Source: Octopus sinensis
Lineage: Eukaryota
Direction of reading: 5' to 3'
Assembly: GCF_006345805.1 (NCBI RefSeq)
Contig: NC_043012.1
Span: 32,550,001-32,614,000 of the forward strand
DNA: 64,000 nucleotides
The notes beneath the pieces were generated by a model, which was given only the letters and a program-made list of their open reading frames with translations, made no database searches and had not been told where the DNA came from. Both the position numbers and the translations under genes were made by a program. Position 1 is the stretch's first letter; every line of letters starts with the position of its first letter. Positions 41,801 through 52,620 of the stretch are shown piece by piece.

Positions 41801-43993
41801 TAGCATTTAAACCAGCCATATTAGGCCAAAATAGCAGCTGGTACTAAGGTGGTATATCTGGGTTGTCGGCAGTCAGAGCCTGGAAATTTGCCAGAAGGGC
41901 ATACCTCTGGTGACAGCAATAAGATAAATCATATTTCTTGTTGATAAATACTGTGGGTGCCAGTTGTTTCATCTCAGAGGTGACGGAGTCTTCAGAGAAA
42001 ACAAGACAGGGAAGTAGAGTTCTCTATCCCTGGATCTGAATGAGTGCATATGCTGGGAGTATCTTCCCTTGAAGTCATTAGCTGTCATACCAGTATAGTG
42101 CCTAGTAATGCCGTTGGGTTATATAAGGATGATTCCGTATACTACAGCCATAGAGAGGCAGGATCCTTCTAGAGGGTACATGGTGGAGTTTTGGAAGTTG
42201 CAGGTTGGAGTTGAGGGTGATGTAGGTGCATTTTTACATCTCTTCAACCCCATAATGTCAAGGTGAGTTACTTCTGCTTAGATAACATCGCATCTAACCT
42301 TTAATGTGCAAACAAGCTAGATCTAGCATCTCACACCGACCTTACAATATCATTCTAAAAATAAACAATCCCATCACTGATATCTCAAAGCTACAAGATA
42401 ATGCACGATTCATTCAAATCAATGTGAATAAAAAAAAACATTACAGTTGACAGAATAATCTGAATGATAAAGAGTTAAATCTATTGTTCTTGATTATTTT
42501 GCTATAACCACAAAGAGAAAACATTTTCTGTCAATGTGTAGTTGAAGGTTGTCACAATGATAATGAGGAAAGACTTGAAATACTCTAACAAAAGCTTCAA
42601 ATTGAAAGCGACAATTGCAGTATTTCCACCCAAAGCTCTGAGACACTGTTAATGAAAAAGATGAAGAATGAACCTAACCATTGGGCCATTGTGCCTTCAC
42701 TTTCTGTTGCTGCTTTGAGTTATTTGCATAAGAAATCAGTTATGTGCTTGAATAAATGCATACATAGAAGAAATTTAGTATACCTATTAGAGTATTGTCA
42801 GCTTTGAATGAATGAATGAATGTGTGTGTGTGAGAGAATGAGACAGAAAGCAGTTATTGAAAATGTGGCCAGACAGAAATTTTAGCAAATGAAAGAAAGG
42901 GAATTGAAACCTTACCAGGTATTTTGACGACAGTTCGTGCAATCCCTTCATTGCTGTAGAGGGATACAAACTTTTTCTTCTTTTTGAGGGTATTTTCATT
43001 GGTTGTCTTAGCTTGTGTGCCATTAGATTGTGACTAAAATAATAAAAATAGTCTTAACTATGCAGAATGACAGAGGTCCCACCTTGATTAGCTTAATTAC
43101 ATCTAGTTTTAGCGATGAAATATTTTCTATGGTTTTTAAATTGAAAATTTTCTAACTATTAATTAAGAGATAACAATCTAGGCGAAAGAGTAAAACAATA
43201 CAGCCAGTTGATGTTCCATCAGTTTGTTACATGTTTAAAAAGGTTAGAATCATAAAACAGTTGTTAAAAGAATATTTTTTACACATTTCCAGAATCTCTA
43301 AATAATAACAACCAATAGAAATGTTGATTGGTTGATTTCTCCAGTCACTCTTTACATTATTATATACAGAGTAAAAGAGGGACGGAGAGAAATAACATGT
43401 TACACTCAAAATAGGAACACTGTAATTGACAATCAGTGGTAAAGGAATGGTTAAAGATAAAAGTAGCCAGGCACATACACACTCTCACATACACATAATC
43501 TTCTGTCAACAACATACACACACAGACACCACCACAGTTCAAGTAGAAGGATGAAGCTGACAAACGGTTGGTAGAGGAAAGTAAATAAGTTATATATATA
43601 TATATATATACTAGCAGTATCACCCGGCGTTGCTCGGGTTTGTAAGGGAAGTAACTATATAAGCATTTTTAGAGATGTAAAGTATAATAGCCATCTCAAT
43701 ATGGCTAACCACAAAGGGGGGGGTGTTACTGTAGCTTTTTACGTTCTGAGATTTAATAATAAATTTTTAGAGAGTTACTTCCCTTATATATGCCAAAAAT
43801 GCATTAAAAATGGGAAAAATTGATGGTAAATTTTTTTTTAAATCGTAGACGCGTGCTAATACCCAGAAGGGCTCGATATGAATCACGACTATAAGATACC
43901 CGGTTTTGGTTAAACTGCACCGCAAAATGTGGGAGTAGTTAGGAATCTAAATCGTAGGAGACAGACAGCACACAACCTTACTTTTATATATAA

Positions 43994-44032
<39 letters not shown>

Positions 44033-45103
44033 AGATAATGGTGTCATTGAGACCCAAAGGTGTCAGGTAATGCTGAATAAGTGCTATAGACAGACCATAG
44101 TTAAGTTCCAGATTCGGTAATATTGCGAATAAAGGGTTCAATGTTGGTTCTATGTCAGCGTGTGTATATATGAATTTTTTGCGTAATGAGATAAAAAAAA
44201 CCAAGGCTGTATAGATATTAGAACATTTATAGATAGAAGGTCTTACAGCTGTTTCTAGGATATTAATTAATAATAATATCCCTTCATCAGAGACGGTGTG
44301 AGAGGAAAAGTTGAGTCATAGTTAGTTTCGATGTGATACATATCTTACATCTATTTACTTTCCTCCACCTCACTCTCTATTTATATCATATCGAAACTAA
44401 CTATTGTAAATTTTGCTTCCCCACCCTGTACATCAAATGGTTAAAGAAGTCCAGTAGAGTAAAATATGAATCAAAGGGATCCACAAACAAAAATGGTTGA
44501 AAACCACAATTTTAGATAAAATCCTTTGTATTTTATGGTTCAATACCTGATTGCATTGCACATCCATCAAGTAAAACTCATAAAATATATTCCACTGAAT
44601 ACATGTCTAAATCATATAGCAATGCACTTCTAAATGGCCCCTTTATATAACATTAAGGTCCTAAGTTATTGCTGACAGAGCACACCTGTGACCCCCGGGG
44701 TTACAAGCAAACAATCCTGTCTTTTATTTAAATATATCTAGGACTACATTCTTCAATGAAGCCTTTTTTTACATTGACATGGTATGATCTGAAGAAAATT
44801 AGACTCAAGCAACCACTCTCATTAGGCTGTTTAATTAATCTCTTCTCTTAATGAGAAGTTTAGTCATTAACTTAATGTTATTTACATGGTTGTACTCACT
44901 TCTTTGGGTGTTGGAACCTTATTCGAAACTGGCTCAGGAACTTTGGGTTTAGCACCCTTTGACTTAGTCTTTTTTGTTGTACCCCCAAAATAGTCTTCTC
45001 CACTTTTGTTTTTTTGGTAAAACTGAAAATTGAACACATGGTTAAAAGATTACAAAATTTCAAAAGAATGAACTTTTTAATATCTCTCTTTTGCATGCGC
45101 GCG

Positions 45104-45135
<32 letters not shown>

Positions 45136-48100
45136 GACTCAGCTTGCTACTTTAATGAAATTCACCAATTAAACATCATCATCATAATATAATAACTTAG
45201 TCATAAGTAATATAAGGATGACACTAAACTGATGATGATGTTAAACAATAATAATGATATTGAATTATAAATGAAAATAAATTTGATCCTCAATTTTATG
45301 AAGATCAAATGCATTTTCATTTATTGGTGAGCAAAGTAAATAGCAACATGCAATACAAAATTACATTTAATTTATTGAAACTCCAATCTGCTTTGCTACA
45401 CTAAGGATGATGTAACAAATACAAATAGAGACTATTTACATGACAATATTTGTCCTCTGATTCAAAGTAAGTACACAGCGCACATAAATTTATGTCAACC
45501 GATGTTATGGAGTTACGGGTTATCTTATTAAGATAGTTGAGCTGACACAAGAAATATATTGTCGGGTTTCAACATTTAACCCTCTAGCATTTAAACCAGC
45601 CATATCCAACCCGAATGTTGTACCTGTTTTGTGTTCAGACCAAAGAGATCTAGCCTCTCACACCTACCCTACAATGTTGTTCTAAAAATACACAATCCTT
45701 AAAGCTACAAGATAGTGAATAATAAATCTAAAACATTGTGAATAAAAAAAGCATTACATTTGACAAAGTAATTCAAGTGCTGAAGAGCTAAATAAATTCT
45801 GACATTAACATGTAATGTTAATAGAGGGAGGAAGAAGAAACCAGTGAATTGCTGGAGTAATATAGACAGAGCGCCATTGGAAACAAAATATTGAAATCTA
45901 TTGGAATATCTACATAGAAACTGATAGCAAAGGACCTTGGTGATAAATAATAAACCTTTGTGTACAGTAAATACTTACAGAGAATATTGTTTCCAAATTT
46001 TGGCACAAGGCCAGCAATTTTGGGGTTGGGGTACAAATCAACTGGTACTTATTTTATCAATCCTGAAAGGATGAAAGGCAATGTCAACCTCAGTAGAATT
46101 TGAACTCAGAATGTGAAGACGGATGAAAAAGTCGCTAAGCATTTTGCTCAGCATGTTAGCAATTAAAGCAGTTGAAATAAATATTTGCTGAACTGCTGTC
46201 ATGTGCTAATTGCTGATCTTGGCCAAGATGATTACTGTCTGTGCAACTTAGCTGCAGGATAAAAACCATTGTCATGGGGTTCGGTTAAAAATTTAGTAAC
46301 ATTCATTCATGTGCTATAATATTTGAAAACGATAATTTTGTCAATGAATATCCAATAAGTAAATATTACCTTACTCGGAAGATTTTTGGGAGATGCTGTG
46401 TTGTTGGAAAGCTTAGGTGGCAGTGTCTGAGTTTTTTCTCGATTATTAGAACTACTGGGTTCTTTGATAGATTGTTTTGAGTTGGCAAGTGGTTTTATCA
46501 CAGGTTGCTTCCATTGTTTAAGAAAATGACTAAGAAATAACTGTACACGGGAATCAGAAGTGTCAAGTAGTTCACTCATATAGTCTTCAACGTCTTGGAC
46601 ATTGTCAATAGTAAGAATATACCTTAATGGAGAGAAAATACATTTTATATCAATTTCCTGGAAAAGAAAATTATAAAAAGCACAAATCATTAATAAATTA
46701 CATAAAAAATTATTCTGTTGATATGGCTCTAAGTTAAACTGCTAATTTGGTTTTAATTATTATACTTACAAAGTAAAATACTTTAGATTGAGAACAAATA
46801 TCAATTCAATGACTACAGAGTTGAATTTTCATTTAGGTAGGAAAGTCTTGGGGTATTTCCTGTCATGGTTCAACCAGTAAGAATTCTAGTTGTCTTCAGG
46901 TTTTCAGATTAGTTTAAATTTATAATATTTTAATTTGTAAGATTTCAAATAAATGTTTATTTCATGTCTTTACAAAAAAAAAAAAGCCCCATCACACAGC
47001 AGTGCTTTAATACATGCCTTGTATAAAATATATTGGAGGAGAAATGTCAATTGTTGAAATGGCCCAAAAAAGTTTAGGATAACAAAAAAAAAAAATCATT
47101 GAAAAGAAACAAGAGAATGCTGACACCTATTAACAATAAAGAGTATAGAATTGTTATAGAATTAGTAGATATTAAAAGAAACTACAAACAACAATACATT
47201 TCAAGTATGACATTTGTTGGTTAGTGTCAGAACTAATTTTAGTTCTTTAATCTTAAAATTGCTATCAGAACTCAATATCATTAGAATCTCTTTACATAAA
47301 TAGTTATAACCCTATCAAAGAACTGCATAAATTTGAAATCGGAAAGAAGGAACCTGGAGAAAAAGGAGATCATCGAAGCTGAATAAAGTTAAAACCATTA
47401 ATAATTGTGAATTACATGTGTAGAAGCTGTTGACAGGAACTTAGAAGTGTTTATAAACAAAGAGACCAGACACCATATAGGAGTTCCTAAAATTCAGTTT
47501 TGGTTATACCAACAGCCCCAACCCAGAGAGAGGAAATAATGATAATATTAATGATGTAGCTTAGGAGTAAATGTAACAAATGAAAAGACCAAAGATGGAA
47601 AATAACTGGGAAGAAATCTATTATACAGAACTATCAAACACCTGTCAACATTGCAAAGCGGTCAGTACATATGCATGAGATGCTGTTGATGGGACCCGAG
47701 GACAAACAGAGAACTCACCAGTTGAAATACCAATTAATTTTATTAATAATAATAATAGTAATGGAAATAACAATGATATTACTAATCTATAACAATCCAA
47801 CAACAAATGGAAAGAACTAGAGATGAGAGATATTGAAGATGTTACCTCCTAGGAGGTCTGCTTGTCAATGCAGATCTAACACCACCTGAGTCAGGTGTTC
47901 AGGACAATGTTTCTACAGCACCCAACATCCACCTTACAAGTTCACACCAGCCAGATTAGCGGCAAACTAAAGTTGAATCTGTTCTCTCTGGAATCAAATG
48001 TGTATCAACTAGGTCATGCTGATAGCCCTGACATTTTACTCTGCCTTGAAGATTCAATCTAATGAAAACAGAACAGAGAAGACTTTTTAAATGCATTGAT

Positions 48101-48370
48101 ATTTATTGCAGTAAAAAGCTAAACTATAAATATTTGAAACCAACTATTTATTTTTTTTTAATCAACTTACTCTAAGAATTGATTTGGATAAATGTTAAAG
48201 TGTAACTTAAAAATAACGCTTGTATGACCTTTAATAACAAAAAACATATCTAACCAGTGAGATGCTCAAGAGATGTTATGAGAAAAAGCCTTATCATAAA
48301 GAATAGTGAATAAAAAAAAAACTTTGTAAGGTCTTTTAAAAGAATAATTTAACATGTTGAGTGGATATTA

Positions 48371-48438
<68 letters not shown>

Positions 48439-48808
48439 GCACGTAAAAGCACCCACTACACTCTCGGAGTGGTTGGCATTAGGAAGGGCATCCAGCTGTA
48501 GAAACTCTGCCAGATCAGATTGGAGACTGGTTCACCAGACCTCAGTCAAATTGTTCAACCCATGCTAGCATGGAAAGCGGACGTTAAACGATGATGATAT
48601 ATATATATATTATCAAATTTTGCAATATAGCAGCTCTAGATTAAAATCTGTTATCTATATGACACACTTAACAAATGTTCATGATAGAAAAGCCAATAGC
48701 TGCAGAAAAACCTTTAGTAGACATTATGTTTCTAAATATGCTTCAGAGGGAGATGAATTGAAACAACCATGAGAGTAACAGATGTACAGTTCGCCATTCT
48801 TGCAACTT

Positions 48809-48851
<43 letters not shown>

Positions 48852-51800
48852 ATATTTATACGCTACAAAGACTGCCTCAAGAAGTCTCTAACAGCATGTC
48901 ATATTGACCACCAATGCTGGTCAGACCTGGCTGCAGACCGTGGTGTCTGGCGCCACACAATCTTCAACGCAGTCAGCGAGTTTGAGGAACAAAGAAGACA
49001 TGCGCTTAAAGACAAGAGACACACAAGGAAGGCGTGAGCTACCTCTGACACCACACTGGATGTTATCTTTGTCTGTGGACACTGCTTACGGACCTACCTT
49101 TCCCGTATCGGACTTATCAGACATGAGCGTGCATGCACAAGACTGATGGTTCATTTTCTCACTATTCAGATGACAAAAAGATGATTCGAGGACTTTAGTT
49201 GGAGAGGTTCACAAAATAAAAGCATGGGTTGTCAAACTGTTCAATTTTTATTGGCTGGTTATCATCAAGTAATTAGGCATAGACACAGTATAGCGCCAGC
49301 AGGCTGCTGATGGGTGAAGCTAAAAGGATTTCTGTAGAAATAGTCAGCCTCTCACATATTCAAGAATGAGAGACTGTTAAAAAAAGAGCTAGTAATAAGT
49401 CAAGTGAGTAATGTAGTGTTTTGTAGACGGTAAATATTACTTTGCATTCTTGACTTTAACCAATGAACTGTGTGGGTGATGAAGGAATTGTTACCCAGAC
49501 AGGAAAGGTAATTTTTCAGGAGGAATTTGTTCAGATATTTTTATGCAAAAACATTTCTGATTTACCATTTAATATATTGAAATGTTGAGTTAAAATGTTA
49601 GATTTCTCAATGAAGCAAATATTGCATCTTTTTGAGCAATTGCACCCTTTTGATACCAACCTACCTGAGACTGTCCTTAATGTTATATTATGCTTATATT
49701 ACAAAATAATATAAAACTTTCCATTTTAAAGTGCTTATCTTTAATTAAAGCCTATACCTGTGCCGGTGGCACGTAAAAAGCACCATCCGAACGTGGCCGA
49801 TGCCAGCGCCGCCTTGACTGGCTTCTGTTCTGGTGGCACGTAAAAAGCACCAACCGATCGTGGACGCTGCCAGCCTCCCCTGGCACATAAAAAGCACCCA
49901 CTACACTCACGGAGTGGTTGGCGTTAGGAAGGGCATCCAGCTGTAGAAACACTGCCAGATCAGACTGGAGCCTGGTGCAGCCTCCTGGCTTCCCAGACCC
50001 CAGTTGAACCGTCCAACTCGTGCTAGCATGGAAAACGGACGTTAAACGATGATGATGATGATGATGATATTATAATTGTATGTTAAGTTACATCACAAAC
50101 ATCAACTTAACAATGAAAAAGTAAATCCACCCAAATTCTTGATTATTTACAAAAAATTAATTAGAACACAGAGGAAGTATATTTCAATGGTAGCATGTTC
50201 ACAAAAAGGAGGTTGCATTTTCGAAGACACTCCAGTTTATAGCGATGCTGGTGATTCTGTTGGCCTTAAAATTCCAAACTCACTGGGGAAAAGAGGCAGA
50301 GTTGATTTTATCCCTAGAGACACAAATCCAGCCATTCAATAGAGATAAAATGAGCAACAGATGTATTAAGCGATTGTAAAATTTTAATATATTTTCAGAA
50401 ACATTTTTACTACAAAGAATCGTTTTATTAAAATTTGGACAACAATACAGTTCACAAGAAACAAATTTAGTTTAATACAATGTTCTGTTCTAAAGAATAC
50501 CGATGCCGAACAACTAAATACATAGCATTGTAAAATATTGTAATCTTTGTGATTAACAGTTCAAAACGTAAAATAAATGTTATTAGGAGAAGATAATCTA
50601 TCATTAAGCCGTCAAGTCAATTTGAAATGTCAATACTCCTTTCCTATAAAACAGTTGTTCTCAACCTTTTCACTACCAAGGACCGGATCTTTTCGGTTTG
50701 AACGGCAGTCTTTTAAAAATAATTTCCACGTAACTAAAAAATTTTAAACTTCGTATACTGGTAGAATGTGTTTATAAAACTTCCTTTTCTCTTGGCTTTG
50801 AGAAAATTCTATAGTTTGTAAGATATTTGTAGTTTTTTTCTTCAATTTCAGCAATTTCAACCAATCACTGACGTCTATTGAGGTAAAAAAAAACATCGTG
50901 AAGTCAATACCACCATGACTGATATACAATCTACAGTGGAGAAGGCTAGCCACTGGATTTGGTTAAAAAGAGACGATGAGCGATGGCTCTTCATAACCAG
51001 CTGATCTCATATCAGTGAGGGGGGGGGGGGGTGCGCATTGATGCCGTCGAGAGGTAGGCCCCGAAACGGCGCGCATTCTCTCCTGATGACCCCATACACT
51101 TGCTAGCTTCCGATATACGGAGCTTTTAACTGGTAGCACTTGCATGTGCAAGTTGTTTGCAAGACATCGACATATGTCCCTCGTTTAAGAAACAGATTGG
51201 GTTTATTTACATTTCTGAAGAAAAAAAGATACCCTTCCCCCCACCCCTAACCCTAAAACAGATTGAAATGCAATAGATCGATACTAGGGTCATAATTATG
51301 GGTGACAATTTCATATGACACCGCTAGAAAAAACTGCCGTTCAAACCGAAAAGATCCATTTTCCTGCACTCATTTTAACTTTGGCATTTTGACCATCAAG
51401 TGACAGGGATGAAGAGTCGTGAATGATACTATGAAGAGTTTAGCACCGACGAAGCAATGTCAATAAATAACTATACATCAAGGTATAACAAAGTGAAGTC
51501 TTATTGGTAAAGTATCGATCAGTCAATTTGTTAATTGATAACATTCCATACTTTTGATTTTTCTACTGTGGTTGAGTGTTTTTGCCGATGAAAAGTTGCC
51601 GAAACACTCTTTTGAACATGCTCATAACGGCCTGAACGTTGCAGTCAACAGCTGCTGACAACATACACTACTGTACACAAATATTCCAACTCAAATCCGT
51701 ATTTCCATTCGGTTAAAACGAAAGGAAAGCCAAATTATATAATCTCAAAGATATAAAACATAGAGTTTCACCAGTAATGGTAAAATTTGATGACTAAGTA

Positions 51801-52537
51801 AAGATGTTTGACATACGAGTTTGAAACGACGAAGGTTGTTTTAAATACTTGAGATTATAAGTATAAGTAAGAGAGCATAAAACATAGTTTCAAATCAGAG
51901 TTCAAAGTTTTCTTCACACGAAATACATTTGGAAAGTAATTCGTGAAAGTATGACGTATGTATTATCTCCGAGAGAAACAGAAAGCTTGGTTGTTGTATA
52001 CGTGTCTGTTTCGGAATCCGAAACTAAGTTGGAGCTGAGGAAATGTTAAAAAAACCACAATTTGGAAGAAAATAAAGTAGACTTTCGGAAATAAAGAAAT
52101 ATATTGGTGATTATCATAACCTTAAAATGTAAACAACAATTTTCGTAGACTTATGAATAAAAAGACCAGGAGATGTATGGAACTAATTTAACGAAAACTA
52201 AGGATTTTTTTTTTTTTTTAGAGAATAAGCAATCAGGAAAGTATGAACCTTATTTCGTCAACAATAAAATAAAAGCAGGTAAGTACAGGTGTCAAAGAAG
52301 AGGAAAAAAGGAGTCGGAATATAGAAATGCTGAAACTGTCACATGTGTGTTACATAAAACGAGTTGCCGGATATTGTATAATGTGGACTACAAAGAATTT
52401 TGCTTTTTTGAAATAAGAAGACAATGATAGCTCCGTTAAATAAGGATGAGAATTATTCACCTGGCATTTTCTTCGGTAATTTCGATCCCTAATCTGGACA
52501 ATTCTCCACAAAGCCAATCGACCACAGGAGCAGCCAT
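29794..52537 (-). CDS. TRIP4: Activating signal cointegrator 1 (ASC-1/TRIP4), full gene span, 11 coding exons, 1686 nt, 561 aa
   Basis: Manual splicing of 11 GT-AG exons gives one open frame from MAAPVVDWLC... to ...GAKKGLRKNVYDEG*. It contains the C2HC5 zinc finger (CDCQALKH..NNCIECGRIVC..EGAGPCLFCG), the RTQVIDDDADYF motif and the ASCH domain (SMHQPYASLLIAGIKLHEGRTWYTSHRGKLWI). Confidence 0.96.
30255..30617 (-). mobile_element. Non-autonomous Helitron-like element, family 2, in TRIP4 intron 10
   Basis: 5' TC, 3' CTAG, A|T target; close relative at 59465-59836. Confidence 0.7.
32372..32468 (-). CDS. TRIP4: TRIP4 coding exon 10
   Basis: FPDGESGSPYVFICQNPKELVVNFPIKGKHKI; acceptor tttttag|, donor T|gtaagt. 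Confidence 0.95.
33330..33650 (+). mobile_element. Degenerate RTE LINE 3' remnant
   Basis: VQERRLLCWFGHVIQ...RGKPR-like motifs with frameshifts. Confidence 0.6.
34698..34914. mobile_element. piggyBac-like MITE
   Basis: CCCTTTAGCATT...AATGCTAGAGGG ends with TTAA-like flanks; related copies at ~45580-45790 and ~41796-42474. Confidence 0.65.
34944..35041 (-). CDS. TRIP4: TRIP4 coding exon 9
   Basis: DTDIVFPKFYQPGCLLGCVDLVDCLEQGDYRTQ; acceptor tttcag|, donor |gtaagt. Confidence 0.95.
35279..35495 (+). mobile_element. SINE family B variant (further copies at ~1465-1640, 10180-10900, 35686-35850, 45995-46160)
   Basis: Same head and core, alternative tail (ggccttgtgcc). Confidence 0.75.
36447..36568 (-). 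CDS. TRIP4: TRIP4 coding exon 8 (ASCH domain)
   Basis: HEGRTWYTSHRGKLWIASTAKPP...; acceptor ttcacag|, donor G|gtaatc. Confidence 0.96.
36837..37199. mobile_element. Same Merlin-like MITE, internally deleted, in TRIP4 intron 7
   Basis: GGATC...GATCC ends; 8-bp TSD cttaagca/cttaaaca. Confidence 0.75.
37817..37989 (-). CDS. TRIP4: TRIP4 coding exon 7 (start of ASCH domain)
   Basis: ...RLQDKEIQEMRDEGYCLSMHQPYASLLIAGIK; acceptor ttttcag|, donor |gtaagt. Confidence 0.96.
38383..38725 (-). CDS. TRIP4: TRIP4 coding exon 6 (VKRTQVIDDDADYF...KIAAPK)
   Basis: Acceptor ttccag|, donor |gtaggt; RTQVIDD..DYF and KITFDFAGRRI motifs. Confidence 0.96.
39115..39335 (+). mobile_element. RTE-like LINE 3' remnant
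   Basis: GGQQKTWLMTVKADL...W.E....LASNRQA motif. Confidence 0.5.
39855..40069 (-). CDS. TRIP4: TRIP4 coding exon 5 (VCSKEQEKVL...KAVDYKNRLLDYDNT-S)
   Basis: Acceptor aaatag|, donor AG|gtacaa; K.RLL.YD motif. Confidence 0.95.
40522..40767. repeat. ~90-bp direct duplication in TRIP4 intron 4
   Basis: ctggaaa.cccaaa.atctcaa.agagattactgtatatatgttt.ataacaattcaaac occurs twice (~40526 and 40681). Confidence 0.7.
40872..40990 (-). CDS. TRIP4: TRIP4 coding exon 4, C2HC5 zinc finger
   Basis: GRHSCDCQALKHDLVNNCIECGRIVCAQEGAGPCLFCGNL; acceptor ttcccag|, donor |gtaaat. Confidence 0.97.
41088..41470 (-). mobile_element. tRNA-headed SINE family C
   Basis: AGGAGTGGCTGTGTGGTAAG..GGTTCAGTCCC head, internal (TA)n, tail ...tgactgaaacaagtaaaa; other copies at 6095-6830. 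Confidence 0.8.
41796..42474. mobile_element. piggyBac-like MITE split by a ~460-bp unidentified insertion
   Basis: Left end at 41796-41830; remainder of the body at ~42295-42474. Confidence 0.5.
42916..43033 (-). CDS. TRIP4: TRIP4 coding exon 3 (SQSNGTQ...KKKKKFVSLYSNEGIARTVVKIP-G)
   Basis: Acceptor attttag|, donor G|gtaagg; KKKFVxLY..EG motif that precedes the ASC-1 zinc finger. Confidence 0.92.
43611..43996 (-). mobile_element. Non-autonomous Helitron-like element
   Basis: On the minus strand: 5' TC, 3' GC-rich hairpin (cccgagcaacgccggg) then CTAG, inserted between A and T. Confidence 0.65.
44240..44294 (-). ncRNA. Minimal type I hammerhead ribozyme motif (Penelope-like type)
   Basis: Minus strand reads gtct-CTGATGA-a-gggatatta..taatatcct-a-GAAA-cagctg-TA-agac: 4-bp stem I, 9-bp stem II, palindromic stem III ACAGCTGT, GUA cleavage triplet. 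Confidence 0.75.
45580..45790. mobile_element. piggyBac-like MITE, second copy
   Basis: ttaa-CCCTCTAGCATTTAAACC..; body similar to 34698-34914. Confidence 0.55.
46370..46622 (-). CDS. TRIP4: TRIP4 coding exon 2 (YILTIDNVQDVEDYMSELLD...NLPSK)
   Basis: Acceptor ccattaag|, donor AAG|gtaata; resembles the ASC-1 N-terminal segment; ends in phase 0, matching exon 3. Confidence 0.9.
48865..49146 (+). mobile_element. Degenerate RTE-like LINE C-terminal remnant
   Basis: LKKSLTACHIDHQCWSDLAADRGVWR and CGHC..TYLSRIGLIRHERAC (C2H2-like tail). Confidence 0.6.
49755..50068 (+). mobile_element. SINE family A with (GAT)n tail, representative copy
   Basis: Core aggaagggcatccagctgtagaaac...ccatgctagcatggaaaacggacgttaaac(gat)n. 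About 17 copies in the window, e.g. ~12245-12507, 13289-13600, 14690-14850, 26730-26893, 31095-31288, 31471-31735, 32600-32793, 33700-33938, 34275-34509, 48437-48597, 61315-61463. Confidence 0.85.
50894..51168 (+). mobile_element. 5'-truncated Hero-like (restriction-like endonuclease, RLE) non-LTR retrotransposon: ORF C-terminus plus 3' UTR
   Basis: Encodes ...VEKASHWIWLKRDDERWLFITS* (stop 51002-51004), resembling the EKAS.W.WLKR C-terminal motif of Hero elements. It interrupts a MITE, and its tail recurs at 13180-13226. Confidence 0.7.
51042..51097 (+). ncRNA. Candidate rearranged (non-circularly permuted) hammerhead in a Hero-like LINE 3' UTR
   Basis: tgccg-TC-gagagg...GAAA-cggcg...tctctc-CTGATGA; stems I and III each pair 6 bp in register with the core; stem II is non-canonical. 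Confidence 0.45.
52461..52537 (-). CDS. TRIP4: TRIP4 coding exon 1 (MAAPVVDWLCGELSRLGIEITEENA-R)
   Basis: aaacATGG start; donor AG|gtgaat; phase 2 matches exon 2; lies in a CpG-retaining region. Confidence 0.85.
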
Positions 52538-52620
52538 GTTTAACAGACGTTATCTGCCCTTGACGACGCGCTCTTCCTTGCGCAGAGGAAGAATTATGAG
52601 AATTTATGGTTGAACTTCAG
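52538..52620 (-). promoter_or_regulatory. Likely TRIP4 5' UTR and core promoter
   Basis: Directly upstream of the ATG, within a CpG-retaining stretch (~51400-54200) that contrasts with the CpG-poor introns. The TSS is not determined. Confidence 0.45.

Larger units (their letters stand above)
50685..51357. mobile_element. Same Merlin-like MITE carrying the Hero-like insertion, in TRIP4 intron 1
   Basis: Both TIRs are present; the body matches the 62395 copy in reverse, except for 50894-51170. Confidence 0.8.

Noticed and set aside
41945-41998. Minus-strand CTGAAGA...GAAAC
   Set aside because: Stems II and III are out of register and there is no stem I.
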